From Ruditapes philippinarum (lineage: Eukaryota): a stretch of DNA of 62,758 bases. The position numbers and the translations under genes were made by a program. The DNA is taken from NCBI RefSeq assembly GCF_026571515.1, contig NW_026867152.1, positions 186,001 through 248,758 on the forward strand, read 5' to 3'. Positions 38,937-53,700 of the stretch are shown here, piece by piece; position 1 is the first letter of the stretch; every line of letters begins with the position of its first letter. Under the pieces are notes generated by a model. That model saw only the letters and a list, made by a program, of their open reading frames with translations. It ran no database searches and was not told the DNA's origin.

Positions 38937-41900
38937 TATTAAAATTTTGTTAACAGTTATCCGGTGTTGACGTGTGGTTTCTTTGAATTCTCCCTTTTCA
39001 TCTAGTATGTTATTTGTTTAAATTGTATCACCTTAAGAAAAGAACTCTCGTGTTTGAATAAGATGTAGTTTTAAAGCATATAGGCACTTCGACAGTGGGT
39101 GGTATTTTAAAGATACATAAAACTTTTCGTTATGGTAATGGATACGTTAATCCGAAAAATATTTCTTATCCAAACACATATTGTTGGAAATGTGCAAGAA
39201 GTATGCAATTTTCTGTTGATATAAGCTATCAAACAACAAACATGAAACCTATTAAGATGATTACATTTTAGTCTTGATATGAAGTTAGGCTATTATAGAA
39301 TTGCAATTTTGTAAAAACAAATCATTTAAGAACACTTCATTTCTATTTTAAACACAACTGATCAAATTATCTGGCAATCCTTTGATAATGAGTTTCTTTG
39401 CACGTTTTCTATTTCTCCGTTTAGGGCATGTGTTCTTATAGTTTTATTGTGCATGTACGTGTACTTATGTCGGCAGCTTTACAATACAATTGAGATTATG
39501 AGAAAATACGTTTTTGCACACCTGAAAGTGTTACAACATTGTATCATTTATATTTTGTGTTATCATTTGATATGAAGAAAAATCATATGACTTTCATAAC
39601 ATTTATACTCCTTTTGACTTTTATAGATTATATGCTCTAACATACTTTTTACAATTTATTGCAATTTATCTCTCTCAGCGAGAAGATGAACAAGCCAACA
39701 AAAGATGGTTCAATCACGGCTGAAGAAATCTGATAATTCAAGAGTTTAACTTATTTTCTGTTTACTTGTCATTGTAACTCATGAAGTCCTGCTCTTCTGT
39801 TAATTTGATATTGCAATGGCACCAAATCAAACTGATATATTTTTATTTATAAACAACTGACAAATCAGTTTTATTTTAAGATCTGTTCTGCTACTAATAT
39901 TTGCATCCAAAGCAAAAATTTATAGTATATTAAGCGATCTACCCTGTAAACGAGAATACGTGAAAAACTGCATGTAATTGAACATCATTAATCACATTAT
40001 TCTATTATCTTACTTTAATTTGTTCCCGTTTCTGACATTCTTAGCACGTATTTAATTATTCTTTTAGATAATGGATTTACTGTTGTACTCATTTCCTTTT
40101 TATATTGCCTGCAATATCAACGGGAATGTCTATTGATATAGATTTTTGTCACCTTCGTGTGTGTCTGCAAGATGTAGCATCCATCTTTAAATGCAATTAT
40201 AATACAATTATTTTGTATTGAAGTTTTATTTTAATTTTCAATTTCCTTTGTCAAACAGTAACCAGTAATTCTGAGTTAGGGAGTAAAGGTTATATAATGG
40301 CATATGCACAATACGATTTAAAATGTTTGTTCTAATAATCTTAATCATTGTGCTGGTCTAAATTTACAATTTACTGAGCATTCAAAAATAGTTTGCTTAG
40401 CACTTTTGAATTTACTTATATTTAGTACTGCAATATAGTAGATATCGTAACGTATTATTTAAAGTATGTAATATGTAATGTCTTGCTGATGTATTTTGAA
40501 TCTTTCCGACAGAATATCACATCATCCAAGATATTGACCGTGATTATAGTCCTTGTGCTGTAATCCTTATTGGTCTCATCCAAATCATTTGAGATATATT
40601 ATTTAACAAATTTGCAAAATGTCAACAAGAAACACGTATGTATTTTGCTCCTGATATGCAACGCCATTATTTTTATTGCGTTTTCGAACATAACGTTGGT
40701 GTGTTTTTCATACATTGTGGGGATTATATGAAATATGCATCAAGTTAATAGCAGATTGCAGACAGAGGATTTGCAGGAATAAGAAAACATCAACCAACAT
40801 CTGTGGCAACTGATCGTGTACTGTACTGTTGTTGAATTGTTTTGGTTTGCTTTGATTTCGTTTTTTATGAGATGTTAGCAGGGCTTTATTGTTTCATTGT
40901 GAAAAAGATTTCGATAATGATTTTTCTTCTAGCAAGAACTAATAAACCATGATAAAGGTCTGATTAGACTTTTCATGAGGTATCATATATACATGAAAAT
41001 AATATTTCCATTATCAGCAGTCTTCGAAAAAATATACCGTTATGCTCTTAAACAGCCTTAGACTTCGTGTGGTAAACGCATAAATAGCTTTATCATTTTG
41101 TTCTTAATGGATGCAGACATAAGATCAAATTATTCACGCAATTAATGTTTACAACAGCTTATAAAAAACAATTTCTGCAATTAGTCGGAGCAACTATGAC
41201 GATGAAACGAGGTCTTACAATTTATTTAATGAAAGGGGAATATAAACTTATAGGCTGAGACAAAACAAATAAACTCATTATATACCAATAAAATCGGAAA
41301 GCTTTGCAAGATCTGTGCAACGCCTTTTAGCCGATTTTTATTGCCAGCCAAAATATCAGGTCAACCGTTACAGACAATCACTTTTACAATAATAACGTCA
41401 TGTTCATTCGTGAATTCAGACAAGTAATTAATTGTTCGCTACAAAGAAAAATAAGAAACACACTCATTTTACTTAAGTAGATAATTAAAATAGATTCTCA
41501 GAAAAAAGTCATGGCTGCTTCCTTTTTTGTTCACCTGTTAGTCCTTAAGATCATAAAAAGTGACGCAAACATTGCTGGTTTCCAAATGCTTTGAATAGAA
41601 ATTGAGTCACTTTTAAAAACGCGAAAGCATTGTGAAAAGACACCAGAAGGTAATTTAAATCAGTGACCGTGTAGAGTAGATTGCTAAAACACATAGAGGT
41701 GTTTAGAATACGAGACCTTTTTGACCCCAAACCTTTCGCTTGTTAAACAAAAATACTCATAGACCACAGACGTTCAATACATTTATCAGGAAAAAAATCA
41801 GAAAATAATTATAACATTTAAAATTTCAATAAGGGTTTGTACTTCTTTTTATACAGAATACAAATATCATACAGAGTTTACTTGTTTATTTCAGTATACC

Positions 41901-43656
41901 CACGGGCGAAAATTATAACAGCTGGTGTTGATCATACGTGCAAAACAAACAATTGCTTGCTTCTTGCTTTCTGATGATTATCATGATGCATATATTCGTG
42001 TAATTTCTGTTATCTAGACATTTAACTTAAGATTAAGTGTATTTCTATTGAAATTTCCTATATGCATGTATATGTTGTAAATTGCATACAAATATGTTCA
42101 GATGTATTTTGTTCATGAATGAATTACTTAAGCAATGAACTTGACCACTTTCAGCAAGACATTTTTTATATAAATAAAACAGTTTTACAAATAAACAAGT
42201 AAACATTAATACATTTACATGTCTGTTAACTGTATAATTATTTCATACACTATATACATGCATTAAAGGGAATGGGACTTGATTGTACATTAACTTGTAA
42301 TTTGATAAAGTGTAATGAATACTTCAGGTACCATATCCAACTGTAGTGAGGTTTATATCATTGTTATCCCATTCATGATACAATTTGCTGACGGGATGTA
42401 CGGGTAAATATAGCCTGAATGAGATAAACATGACCAGGGGGTTATATTTATGTCAGAAGCTTCAGTAACGGATTGATTATTATAATACAAATTGTTGTTG
42501 GTGACACGTTCACATTTAATGGACACACGTAGTTAGTTCACACACTGCTATGTAGGTTGTGTGTGCGGTATATACAATATAGTATACAAAGTGTTTAAGC
42601 CAATCAGAGCTGGAGACATGTACTTGCATCATCACTTACCTTTTTGGTAAGATAATTTACACGTGAAGCTTTATTTACCAAAACGTCATGTTTACCCAAT
42701 GTACGCTTAGAAATACTTCTTCACTTTGGACCTTTTTTCCGTACAATTCATGAAATAAAAATGTGACAGACGTATAAATGGTTTGAGAAAAATAGTGTTT
42801 AAATCTGCTAAATTAGATTTCTGTCGAAACAATCATTCATGGCAATCAGAAAAAAGACATTTCAATTACATTTTATTGTAAAAAGCTCACATCTGCTTTG
42901 CTTGTTGGTTACATTGGCGGTATTTATAAAAATAATTCTGCCAAAATTTAATGTAAGCATTCTTTGCTTGCTAATTATCTAGGCTTGTTTTATGAGTGAG
43001 TGTTCTGATAACTATAATTCATATGGACACCGAACATGTACGATAATTTGGTGGCGTTTTATATATTTATAGATACATGACTGGCTCTACAAATTTGCAA
43101 AACGTTCTGCTTAACCTTCAATATTTGAGCATCTTCTATTATCAGCATAAAGAAAAATATATGTGTTTTCCTTTAATTTCACTCGCCATGGTACCGTGCA
43201 GTTACCACATACCGATAAAGCCATCATGTTTAAGAACGTGATGCTATTTGATATTAAAATTAATCAAGAGAGATCTAACAATTCAATTACGACTAATTCT
43301 TTTAATATTTTTTCTCATACATAAAAAGACACGGGATAATACGAAAAACAAAACGAACGTATTTGTTTCTGTAATCCGATAAAAGAAAATTAACTCTTAT
43401 TCGAGCTTTCGTATTGTAAATGATATTAAAGATAAAAGATTTTTATTCTGTTCCTCTGAAAATAGAAAGAAATATGATAAGCTTGCAAATGGCACTGGTT
43501 GTAGCATGCAGATCAATTAAAAAACGTGTAATATCCATGTCCATACTTTTTGCATTTCATTATTTGAATAAAGATATTTCCGTTATAAAAAAAAAATGAA
43601 ATTTATAGTTTAAAAAAAATGACATATTTTTTATTTTAAAAATATATATACCTTTC

Positions 43657-44820
43657 TACGGAAGAGCATTAGTGCCAGGTGTATGTTTTTTATTAACTCG
43701 AAATTTCGAGTTAGTAACTCGAAATTTCGAGTTAGTAACTCGAAATTTCGACTTACTTATCTCCAAATTTCGAGTTAGTAACTCGAAATTTCGACTTACT
43801 AACTCGAAATTTCGAGTTACTAACTCGAAATTTTGAGTTATTTATCTCCAAATTTCGAGTTAGTAACTCGAAATTTCGACTTACTAACATTACAAGAATG
43901 GCCAAAGTTATTAGTTAGATGGTATAAGATATAGTAGGCAGTGCCTTTGAACGATGGAGATGGAGAAACGGGTGCCTGGACAAAAACTATTGAAATTTAA
44001 CTTAAACTTAGTAATGGCATGTACACACCCGACCTAAAAATACAAGGCTTCCTTTAATTTGTACGTTCAGGCGTTCTTCAGACGTTGTATTGTATCCCAT
44101 CTATTCGAACATATCTTTTCACTAATCATATTCTTCTCATCCCTGTAAAAAACCGATCCTATACTTCACGTGTGGGACATCTCAGGAAAGTATCGCAGCG
44201 TGGCCAAAATAGGGCGTGCTGAGGCATTTGTCAAAATTGTTGGACTGACTATATTTCTTGTAAAATCGGATGCTTTTATATTATTCCTAACATATATATA
44301 ACAACAAGTATCACTTTTATCAACTTTTATCAACACAATATGAATCAAAGTATTAGTTAATAATGAATAATGTTACAAAAACATTATTAGTATAAAGAAA
44401 CGTGACAGACTAACTGGCGTATACACGCCATTTAAAACTTATTTAACACATGATATTGCACATTTACAATAGGGTGGGTTTTGGACTCGTTGTTTCTCCA
44501 CATGATGGTTGTATGTGTGCTTAAGAAAAAGAAACACCCGGTTAACACGGAAATGTGGAAAGTGTGATTTTACACCCCCCCCCCCCCACACACACACAAA
44601 AGCGAAGGATATGTTCAGTAAGTGTGGACAATTTTACCCTATAAGATTGTTCAGTTAAATAAATGTTAAAGGTGCTCTGTCAATGTGCAACAGCTACACA
44701 CGAAAGAAAGTATCTTGAATTCAATCCTTGCTTTCACCGGCAACCAATGAAAGTCGTGCAATGTAAGTCGAAATTTCGAGTTAGTAAAAAACATACACCT
44801 GGCACTAATGCTCTTCCGTA
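43657..44820. mobile_element. Non-autonomous DNA transposon with long TIRs and a 6-bp TSD (unclassified 'DNA-6'-like)
   Basis: Near-perfect ~57-bp TIRs TACGGAAGAGCATTAGTGCCAGGTGTATGTTTTTTA.TAACTCGAAATTTCGA.TTA at both ends. TSD CCTTTC at 43651-43656 and 44821-44826. Confidence 0.92.
43694..43888. repeat. Tandem array of nine 21-22-bp units, each based on the palindrome TAACTCGAAATTTCGAGTTA
   Basis: Direct reading. The variant TTATCTCCAAATTTCGAGTTAG occurs at 43757 and 43842. Confidence 0.97.
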
Positions 44821-47023
44821 CCTTTCCCATGATGAGGTTCCTAACAATAAATTGAATAGACTAGAATGTGAAAATAAAGAAGACAATATAGTATTTTAAA
44901 ACATGTCAAATATGTAAGTAACATTTATGAAGACTACAATTTTCAACATATGGATTGTGGTGCTTTCTGTCAGCTCAAATATGATGAATCTATCTAATAA
45001 TACTCGTACCATTCAATTAATTAATTAAATCATGTGATGGTTACGTAAATAAATAAAGTCATCGTTTTGAAATCTGACATGTAAATGTGATAATAAACAA
45101 ATTTTAAAACTAACATTATCAAAACACGCATATTGTTTTGCTCTATACCGAATAGACATTTTTGCCGCCAAAGACAAAAATAAACTTCCTTAAGCATTCT
45201 TCCATTTCGCCAATCAATCAATTTTATTTTTAAAACATATTGTTTAGATCCATATGAAGAAAATTGAATATAATTTGGAAAAAAACGTTTAGTTATGTAT
45301 TGGTGTATTTGTGCTGGTGATATTTGATAAAGCATTTTTTTTCCTTTACTCGATTAAATATCCTGATAACAGAGTAGACAGCTGAACAAAAAGACATATC
45401 TGCCTAGCACAGAATAGAGATCGGTTTGTCAATTAGTTGCAAAACATGTGAATACAAAAGAAAACTTCTATGAACAATGGTAATGATTAGCATACAATTG
45501 TAGAGGATGAATGAATTGAATAGCTACTCCCACTCCATTAATCATATTTAATAGGTCTTTGTTGATATTACACTGCTATTATTCGAGATTTATTGCACAA
45601 TATCAGAATGAAAGAGGGACAAGCGTAATTGTTCGTAATATCTTACAATTACGATAGAAAATGAATCCAAATTTAGCTTCATGAATGTCCTGGACACAAA
45701 TTAGAGTATATTATTTGTAATTAATAAAAAAGAAGAAATTTATAATTTGCCCTTGACTTACATTCCTTCACAAATTGTCCATCATTTCGGTATAAGTCGT
45801 AAATCCAGTGTCGTAATATAGCCACGAAAGCATCCGAAAGTATCTGTTCCTTATCAGTTAAGTTTTAAGCTTTAAATGTTCTAATTTACAAAACTGCGTA
45901 TCAATATTAAATTATTATATTTAAGACTGTGAAATTTTCGTGAATTGGAATGAATCAATGCATTTTGTCTTAATAAGTCTTTATCTTCAGCATATTTGTT
46001 ATTTATCCTATGCTTTTTTATAAAGGTCTGGCCTGAAATATCTTTTAACATCAGTTATAATTTTAAATACATACCACTTCACTGTTAATGATAGTTTCCT
46101 TCATGTTGATTAACTACATAATTCATCAATTGTTATGCTTAAAATAATTGCGGAAACTCTTAATATTGCCATAGTTTCGCCATTAAATTGACATTTATAT
46201 CAGTTTACATGCGTCAATAAAGTATAAATTGTGTTTAACTGTTTGCTCCATTAAGAAAACATGACAGTACTATATATAGTTTTACCATATGCAGACTTGC
46301 ATTTATGTTTTAGCATTGCATACTATTTAATAACCGATCGACTTAATTTTAGCTTTACACAAGAATGTCGCTATAATCAAGGACATTTGCGTATTGTGTG
46401 ACGCTTGCCACAGAATCACGGCAACCGTCTTAACAAACAATATTCAAAGGTTTGCTTAAAGTGACAATCAATTTAATATTTGATATATATTCCTTATAAA
46501 GATAAAAAAAAAACACCTTAATTTTATCTGTTATAAATTATGCCACTGTCCATGCATAGTTTGTAGATTCTCTTTTTCTGTAAAGTTTTCTAAATTTCAT
46601 TTCAATAAAACTCTGCAACAAAAGAAGATGAGCATAGTCTATCTTTAAGGGATTTTTGAGTACTTGAAATGTCTATAGGTCACCTATATTATCTATATAT
46701 TTGCACTCCGTACCGTGTAAAAAATAGTAATAATCACATGTTTTCATAAGTGCACCCAGTTTTAAAGTAATAAAAGTAAAAGTTATTATGATAAGGCCAA
46801 AAATAACGTTTTAATTATAACACTGTAAAAAAAATCACATCGTTTTTGTATTGCATTTTTGCAATAGGTGACATTTACAGGTTGGACTAGACATATTTGA
46901 GTTTGGATAATTTTGCATAATATGTAAATTATATATTCAACATCTTTTTGTCTGTATATATGGAAGATGTTGAAAGGTAATGTATAATATTATTCCATTT
47001 ATTCCATACAACCTTATATATCT

Positions 47024-49703
47024 AATACTATTATGGCATTTGTTATTTAACTGGATTAGATATCTTAAATACAGGGTTGATAGATAAACAACTCAACAAA
47101 TAAGCATCTCTGCCTAGGAGTGACTAAGGAACGGATTTTCAAAGGGTTGCAAAATATTGGAATACAAAAGCAATCTTCTATCTTATATGAACAGTGGGAA
47201 TGATATAAATAAAAAATAGCATACAATCACAAACAATGAATGAGTTGAATAGCTACACACATCGCATTATTCATCTTTAATAGGTCCTTAAGGATATTGC
47301 ATTTCTATTATTCGAGATTTATTGCACAATAACAGGACGGAAAATGGACAAGCGTAATTGTTGGTAATATCTTACATTTCAGAAAATGAATCGTAATTAA
47401 GCTTCATGAATGTCCTGGACACAAATTGCAGCATATTATTTGTTATTGACATAAAAAGGGAATTCATAACTTGCCCTTGACCTACATTCCTTGACAAATT
47501 ATCCGTCATTTCGGTAAAAGTCGTATATCCAGTTTCGTAATACCGTCTTGAAAGCATTCAAATGGATCTGTTCCTAATCAATTAGGTTTCAAATTTTTAA
47601 AAGTCTAATTTATCGAACTGCATATTTAGGAAAATTAAGTTTTAATGATTATATTAAGACTGCTGAATTGGAAACAATCAATGTATTTTTATGCGAAGTA
47701 CTCTTTATCTTTATCCTATGTTTTTACTAATAAAAGCCTAGCTTGTAATATCTTTCAACATCAGTTATAAATTATAATTAATTTTTTGTGCATGTTTTGT
47801 GTAGAACTTTTAGGCTGAAAAATAAGAATTATATAGCTTACTACCTAATTTGAATAAGTTTCTACCATGGGCGTATTTTAATTGATCCTATTTAGTTTTT
47901 ATATAAGGCTAACTTAAAATATCTTCAAACATCAGTTATAATTTACAAAACATTTTTACCACGACACTGTTATAGTTTTCATTATGTTGATTAGTTACAT
48001 AATTTATTAATTGTTATGCTCAAAATAATTGCGGACGCTCTTAATAATGCTATAGCTTCGCCATTAAATTGACATTTATATCATTTTACGTGCGTAAATG
48101 AAGTATAAATTGTGTTTAACTGTTTGCCCCATTAAGAAAACATGACAGTCCTTACTATATATAGTTTTACCACATGCAGACTCGTATTGTGTGGTAACAT
48201 ATTAAAATATCAGTTTCTAATGTCTGGCTGAGTTTAGACGATCATTGTCCTCGTGAAGCTATGTTTTAGCAGTGCATAATATTTAATAACGGATCGACTT
48301 AATTTTAGATTTAAATCAGAATTTCTCTATATTTAGGGACATTTACATATTGTGTGACGTTTGCCACAGAATCACGGCAACTGTCTTAACAAACAATTAT
48401 ATTCAAAGTTTGATTTAAGTGACAATCAATTTAATATTTGAAGAAATATTATGCTAAAATTTAATATCTCAAAATTTTGATAACTGTTACACAGTCGGTA
48501 TGCTATTGTAACATAAACATTCTTTAAAGCAATGTTTAAAACTCTACACGATAAAGGTAAAATTATTTCAATTCAAAGTGTTTTTTCTTTGTTGTTGTTG
48601 TTTAGTTGTTTTTGTTATTATTATTATATTTTTTTTTTTTTTTTTTTGGGGGGGGGGGGGTTATGAAAGAATTACCTTACCTTGACCTGTTATAGAGAAT
48701 GCAGCTTTCCATGCATAGTTTTTAGATTATCTTATTCGAGTAAGACATATTCAGACACACTTTTCTTAATTTCAATAAATCTCTGATTCAAAAGCATTTT
48801 ACCAACAAGATGAGCATAGTCTATCTTTAAGGGATCTTTGAGTACTTGAAATTTCAATAGGTTACCTATATTATCCATATCTTTTGCACTCCGTACCGTG
48901 TAAAAATGTGTGATAATTGCATGTTTTCATAAATGCACGTAATTTTAAAGTAACAAAATATCTGTGTTTGTTTGTTTATTTGTTTGTTTAAATAAAACAC
49001 ATCATAATAAAAATTTTCTTATTCAGGCCCGAAATAACGTTTTAATTAGAACATTGGAAATAAAACTTACATCGTCAAATTCTAGACTATGATTGCATGT
49101 TAACAGTGTATGAAAAAATTGTCCCCCGTATACTTAATAAGCTGCAAATGCCATATCTTCATTGTTTTAATAATGATATATTTCACATCCGTCACTCATT
49201 CTTCACACTATTTTCAATTTGTTTATTTTTTTCATCGTCATAAAGGATTTTTTTATTCCTTTTTCAGTTTTCTTTTGCTCTTATTCTATTTTGACTACCT
49301 GCCTTCTTTTCAATATTTAATATCTTCCATATTTGAGTTAAGTATGTATGCACTTGACACTGATTCTTGTTACAAACCAATACTATTAATTAGTTTGAGC
49401 TATCATTTGTAGAAATCTTAAATCTTGTCTGAGTCATCTTAGACTTGAATAAAGATCCAATTAAATAGCTATACGTGAGCTCATTCACGCATGTGGGCTT
49501 TAAACAATTTAATCTCGATATTATGATAAGAACTTATGTACTTGGTAATGGTAGATGTACATGTTTATGATTTAAAAGACGTACTAGTTGAAACAAGTAG
49601 AATATGTTCTACTGATCTTTTACAATATTTCCAGATAAGAAAAAATCAGAGCGGTAGAGGCAAAAACATATTTTTCTTGCAATCTGGTGCTTTCCATGCA
49701 TTT
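47024..49703 (+). repeat. Segmental duplicate of 60459-62758 (a more diverged partial copy lies at ~45350-46870)
   Basis: Starts AATACTATTA.GGCATTTGTTATTTAACTGGATTA in both copies. 48780-49703 is nearly identical to 61830-62758. Confidence 0.95.
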
Positions 49704-50359
49704 AACGACAGCTTTATATGTATATGTATATTATGAATACTGTTCTACGTTTCAACAACATTTAAGCTTGCGGCTGATAGCTCTATATCTAGATGTGGGT
49801 AGTCTCCACGGACCTGAATTCTTTAAAACGAAAAATTATTTGCATAACGTCAGTTATCATTATTATGACGTTTAAGCGCTGAACGCTTTTTATTGCCGGG
49901 GATCTTTTAATCTATTCTGTCCAACTGTATAATTAAATCGAATAATATGCTGAATATTTGCACGTAAACTACAAACTGGTATATCAATTTTAGTGACATT
50001 TAAACAAACATCTGTTGAACATTCCTAGTTTAACAAACTCGCACCTGGTTTCTACGACGCATTAAAATAAATATTTGAAAACCCATTATCTTTATTGAAA
50101 CTGAACGCTTTTTTTCTTAGTTACGTCATACTGTATAAGCTATTAATGAGAGGCTTTTCATTCATTAATTGTTTCTATTCGAGTGTCAAAGCAACATTTC
50201 TAAATAAATATTTAATAAATCAAATAATAAATCACGTTTGAAAAAGTATTTGTCCAAGCAGTTGAGAGGGGGACGTTTAATTACATTTGCTGCAGATCGG
50301 TATGATAAAGTGGCTGATAAACAAATGAAGCTTAAGTGCCATGTCATTAAATATAAAAA

Positions 50360-50790
50360 CAAAGATCAACAATGATGGTTGCTTTCAAAGAACTCATCCT
50401 CCAGCAAAACCCAGTAACATAGGACACAAGGAGCCAAGCAGGACACCAAACAAAAATAGAGAGGACAAGCAATTTAAAAGATGAAATAGACTAGGATATT
50501 AAATGACACAATTAATTAGATTCAAACAAAAGGGCAATAATGTAGGGCGAGGGACAAGACAGCCGGGGAACTTGGCAAAAAATGGGGAAACAGGTGATAC
50601 TAACCGTAGTCGACAAAACCCAGAAGGGACACAAAAAGTATCATTACAATTAGTATGTAGCAGTAAACAAGAAATACATCTTAGGAACAGAGAGGGACAC
50701 CGCCTTTGAACTGTTTGTAACATAAGCACTCCTGGGGACTTTAAAACCGTTCATGGTGAACATACCTCATTCTAAGCGCAACAATGGTCG
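50360..50790 (-). mobile_element. Third copy of the Naiad-like PLE 3' repeat
   Basis: Reverse complement GGTTTTAAAGTCCCCAGG..CAGTTCAAAGGCGGTGTCCCTCTCTGTTCCTAAGATGTAT..TTGTTGATCTTTGTT aligns to 10622-11052. Confidence 0.65.
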
Positions 50791-53700
50791 AATTAAACAG
50801 GAAAACGCGTCATTTATTAAATTTATTAAATCACGGGGGAATGAACAAATACACACATACAGAAAAGTTTTGATATATCAAATTAGTCGTCATGTCCTCT
50901 TTACACATATGTTGCGATAATTCTCAGCCTTTAATAAATAATGAGACATTCGATTACAATGAAATATTTTGCTTTGAACATTCCGATTCGTAAAATCATT
51001 GTCTTTTCGGCATGGCAAGAATATGTCATGGTGGATAAACAAGGACATCCTTTAAAATACTATTTGTGTTTTCTAAATAAATTCTCTTCACACATCCGTT
51101 TGTGATTGAGATAACAAATCACAGAGAAATTCCGAAGCATTAATGTTACAAATAAAGCATAACAAACATAATTTTTTACAATATATTGCAACATTTTGAA
51201 ACATATGTCCATAAATCATTGTTATAAAATCCTTAACAAGATTGATGGTTTGATAAATATTTCAATTAATACAAATATTAAACACATTAAAATTTTGTTA
51301 TCGAACATTATACAATATCATTTCATTCATTTATAAATATGTTACGTTAAGTAATGAATCAATGAGACATTTATGGTAACTATTTTGCACAATTGTTAAC
51401 ACCAACCGTGAATGCTTTTGTTTAAGAAAATAAGATATGTAAAAAAAATAATGGTTAGCCGAAATCATCTTTCTAAATTCAACGTGACATGGCTAACATT
51501 GTGTTTGGTGCGTCGTAAAACCGAAACACATAAAAAATAAGATAAATAACAAAACAACCCAACTTTTTTAAACTTTACAAAAATAAATTCTTCATCATTT
51601 GTCAAGAAACAATGTGTGTAAGAGCATCAAACATGAACAAAAAGCGATAAAAATGCTTTTCATTGAAACAAATGACAAGAAATCTTGGAATGATTGAATA
51701 TATTATAGTAGCAACATCTGTTAGGTTAACATTTGATCTTGTCATATTGAATATGTCTCCGGAGTTCTAAGGATAAGATCAAACTACTAAAAATAGCACA
51801 TTCTTTATGATATAAATATACAAAGCACCTTATACCACAGGCATCTGCTGTTCACATTTATGTGGTTCAACATGTATGGTAAAACTTATATTTCCTACTA
51901 AAAGTCACGTTGTCGAGGAAAAAGAAAAGAATAAAATAAATAAAGACACTATTTAAAAAGTTTACAGCGTATTTAAATCCTATAACTTTCAGTTTTTATT
52001 TATTTAATGATATTTTCTAGTTGTCATTATATCAATATTGATTATCAATTAAACTTATTATTTAATGCGTCTTTGACATATATTTATCTTTGAATACGTT
52101 TAAACACAATGTTAGGATTAGGTTATAGTGCATAAATGTTTGCTTTTGATCTGTTGTCGTCGCCTTTGTTCTTTTTCGCAATTTAGGTATACGTCGAACT
52201 CATCATTGTGCATATCCTATTAACTCTGCTTCCTCTCTTTCCAGTGAAAGCAGCACGCCTCCAGATTCATGTTAATGTTCATAAAATTTTGGAAATCTAT
52301 TTTCAAAGCAAAATATTGTGAGTTGAACAAAATAAAGTAAATAGCATATTGCAATCGGCACTTGCAATCCAAAGAATACCCCAATTAGTCGTCAAAATAT
52401 GCAAATACAGCCCTTACTGCGTTAGAAAAACAGTACACTAAACATGTCAAATATAGCTTGGATATTGACTGTTTTTACCTTTTCTTAATTGTTAATTCAT
52501 TTTTCCCAATATTGATTGTCTTGAAATATTTTGGCTCATCTGGAAGCGGGCAGCTCTAACGAATTGGATGAGATATCAATTATAATACAAAACTGTATCT
52601 CTTAAGTCCTACTTTACTTCAAATGTAATAGAAATTGACAAAAAAAAGTATTCAAAAGCAGTAACAATTAACAGTCATTGTATATTTTAAATTATAGTTT
52701 TTCAGACTGGCTGATATATTCGCAAGCTGTGCAAATATATTTATTAGCTACTAGTCGATACTTGCACATTAATAAACATAATTCTGAAACGACGAAAAAG
52801 CGTGTATGATTAAATGAAAATTTTCTTACTGATTTTCTTATCTTACATTTTACTGAATTAGACGTTTTGGACAAACATCCTTTTAAAGTGGCATGATGCC
52901 CATCTAAACGTATATAGTGAATTACCATGTGAGAGTCAAAATAAATTCTTATTTTGCTATAATTCCTTTTGATTTAATAATTTTATTTCGCATAAACAAT
53001 AAATAATCCCCGGATCCAAACGAAATTTCTGTAAATTTGATTTAGAATTTACATGTACCGATCAATTTATTAAAAGAGTGGGGCAGTCTTTTATATTTTA
53101 GGCAAATTTTAAATTTTATCCTTAACATTTTCCAATATAAACTGTAGGTCAAACACCATTTAAACAGTCAATCTTTTGAAATACAAAGTCAATTCAGCTC
53201 AACTTGACTATGTTTTTTCATACGTATTTCTTGGCATGTTATTAATTTCAAAGTTGTTATTGTTTTAAGGGAAATAAATTACATTCAAATACGGAAGTAC
53301 CTTTTAAAAATATGTCAATACTATATTAGGTTTGTGGCTGTTATATATATTATCCATTATGACAATCATTTCTCGTTTTAACAATGAAAATTGTATGAAA
53401 GAGATACCGTTGTCGAAGAAATATTTTGAAAAATGCAATGAATTAACTTCTAAAATTAGGAACTGATAGGTTTATAGGTCTCAATACAATTAAAAGTACG
53501 CTACAAATAAGAATCGATGGCTCCAGAAATTATTTTGGCGACAATATAGATTTTCCAGGAGAAACGATAAACCATTCTAAATGTTTAAAAGTACTATTCG
53601 TCCAGACGGTCAATATTCTTAAACATTCCTCCTAAGGCACATTTTCTCCGTAAATCCTCATTCAAACAAAGAATTATAACATTAAGCATAATGTAAATAA

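Larger units (their letters stand above)
37960..39010 (+). mobile_element. Second, heavily 5'-truncated Neptune-type PLE (Cys linker + GIY-YIG + ZnF ORF + hammerhead)
   Basis: GSYACKLNCFACKFM linker, a clear GIY-YIG ORF, T-rich UTR and hammerhead. It interrupts unit sequence seen at ~23925 and ~19140. Ends are approximate. Confidence 0.88.
1..49703. repeat. Mosaic of diverged, partial, same-orientation copies of a multi-kb low-copy unit (old tandem segmental duplications)
   Basis: Shared anchor blocks recur. TTCGGTATATGTCTGATT..AACAATACTTATATC-like at ~600, 18441, 23531, 30696, 37561. CATTGATCACATTATTCAATTATCTTACTTTAATTTGTTCCTG-like at ~1580, 12518, 24745, 31051, 39986. ATGTCTTGCTGATG at ~2838, 13029, 31547, 40478. 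CATACCGATAAAGCCATCATG at ~8629, 26321, 43208. AATAGCTAC..TTATTGCACAATA-like at ~11410, 27312, 45519, 47228, 60668. Confidence 0.9.

Noticed and set aside
39960-40200. Alternative genetic code (TAA=Gln) suggested by stops shared between copies
   Set aside because: Another minus-strand frame is open across the same bases, and the TE ORFs use standard stops.
43694-43888. CRISPR-like palindromic repeat array
   Set aside because: Units abut with no unique spacers, there are no cas genes, and the array lies inside a eukaryotic TIR element.
49110-49875. Short hydrophobic ORFs here and elsewhere
   Set aside because: F/I/L/Y-rich composition is expected by chance in AT-rich DNA, and there are no recognisable motifs.
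50047-51522. Inverted pair GGTTTCTACGACGCA / TGCGTCGTAAAACC as MITE ends
   Set aside because: Only ~14 bp with an indel, no TSD, and no extendable TIR.
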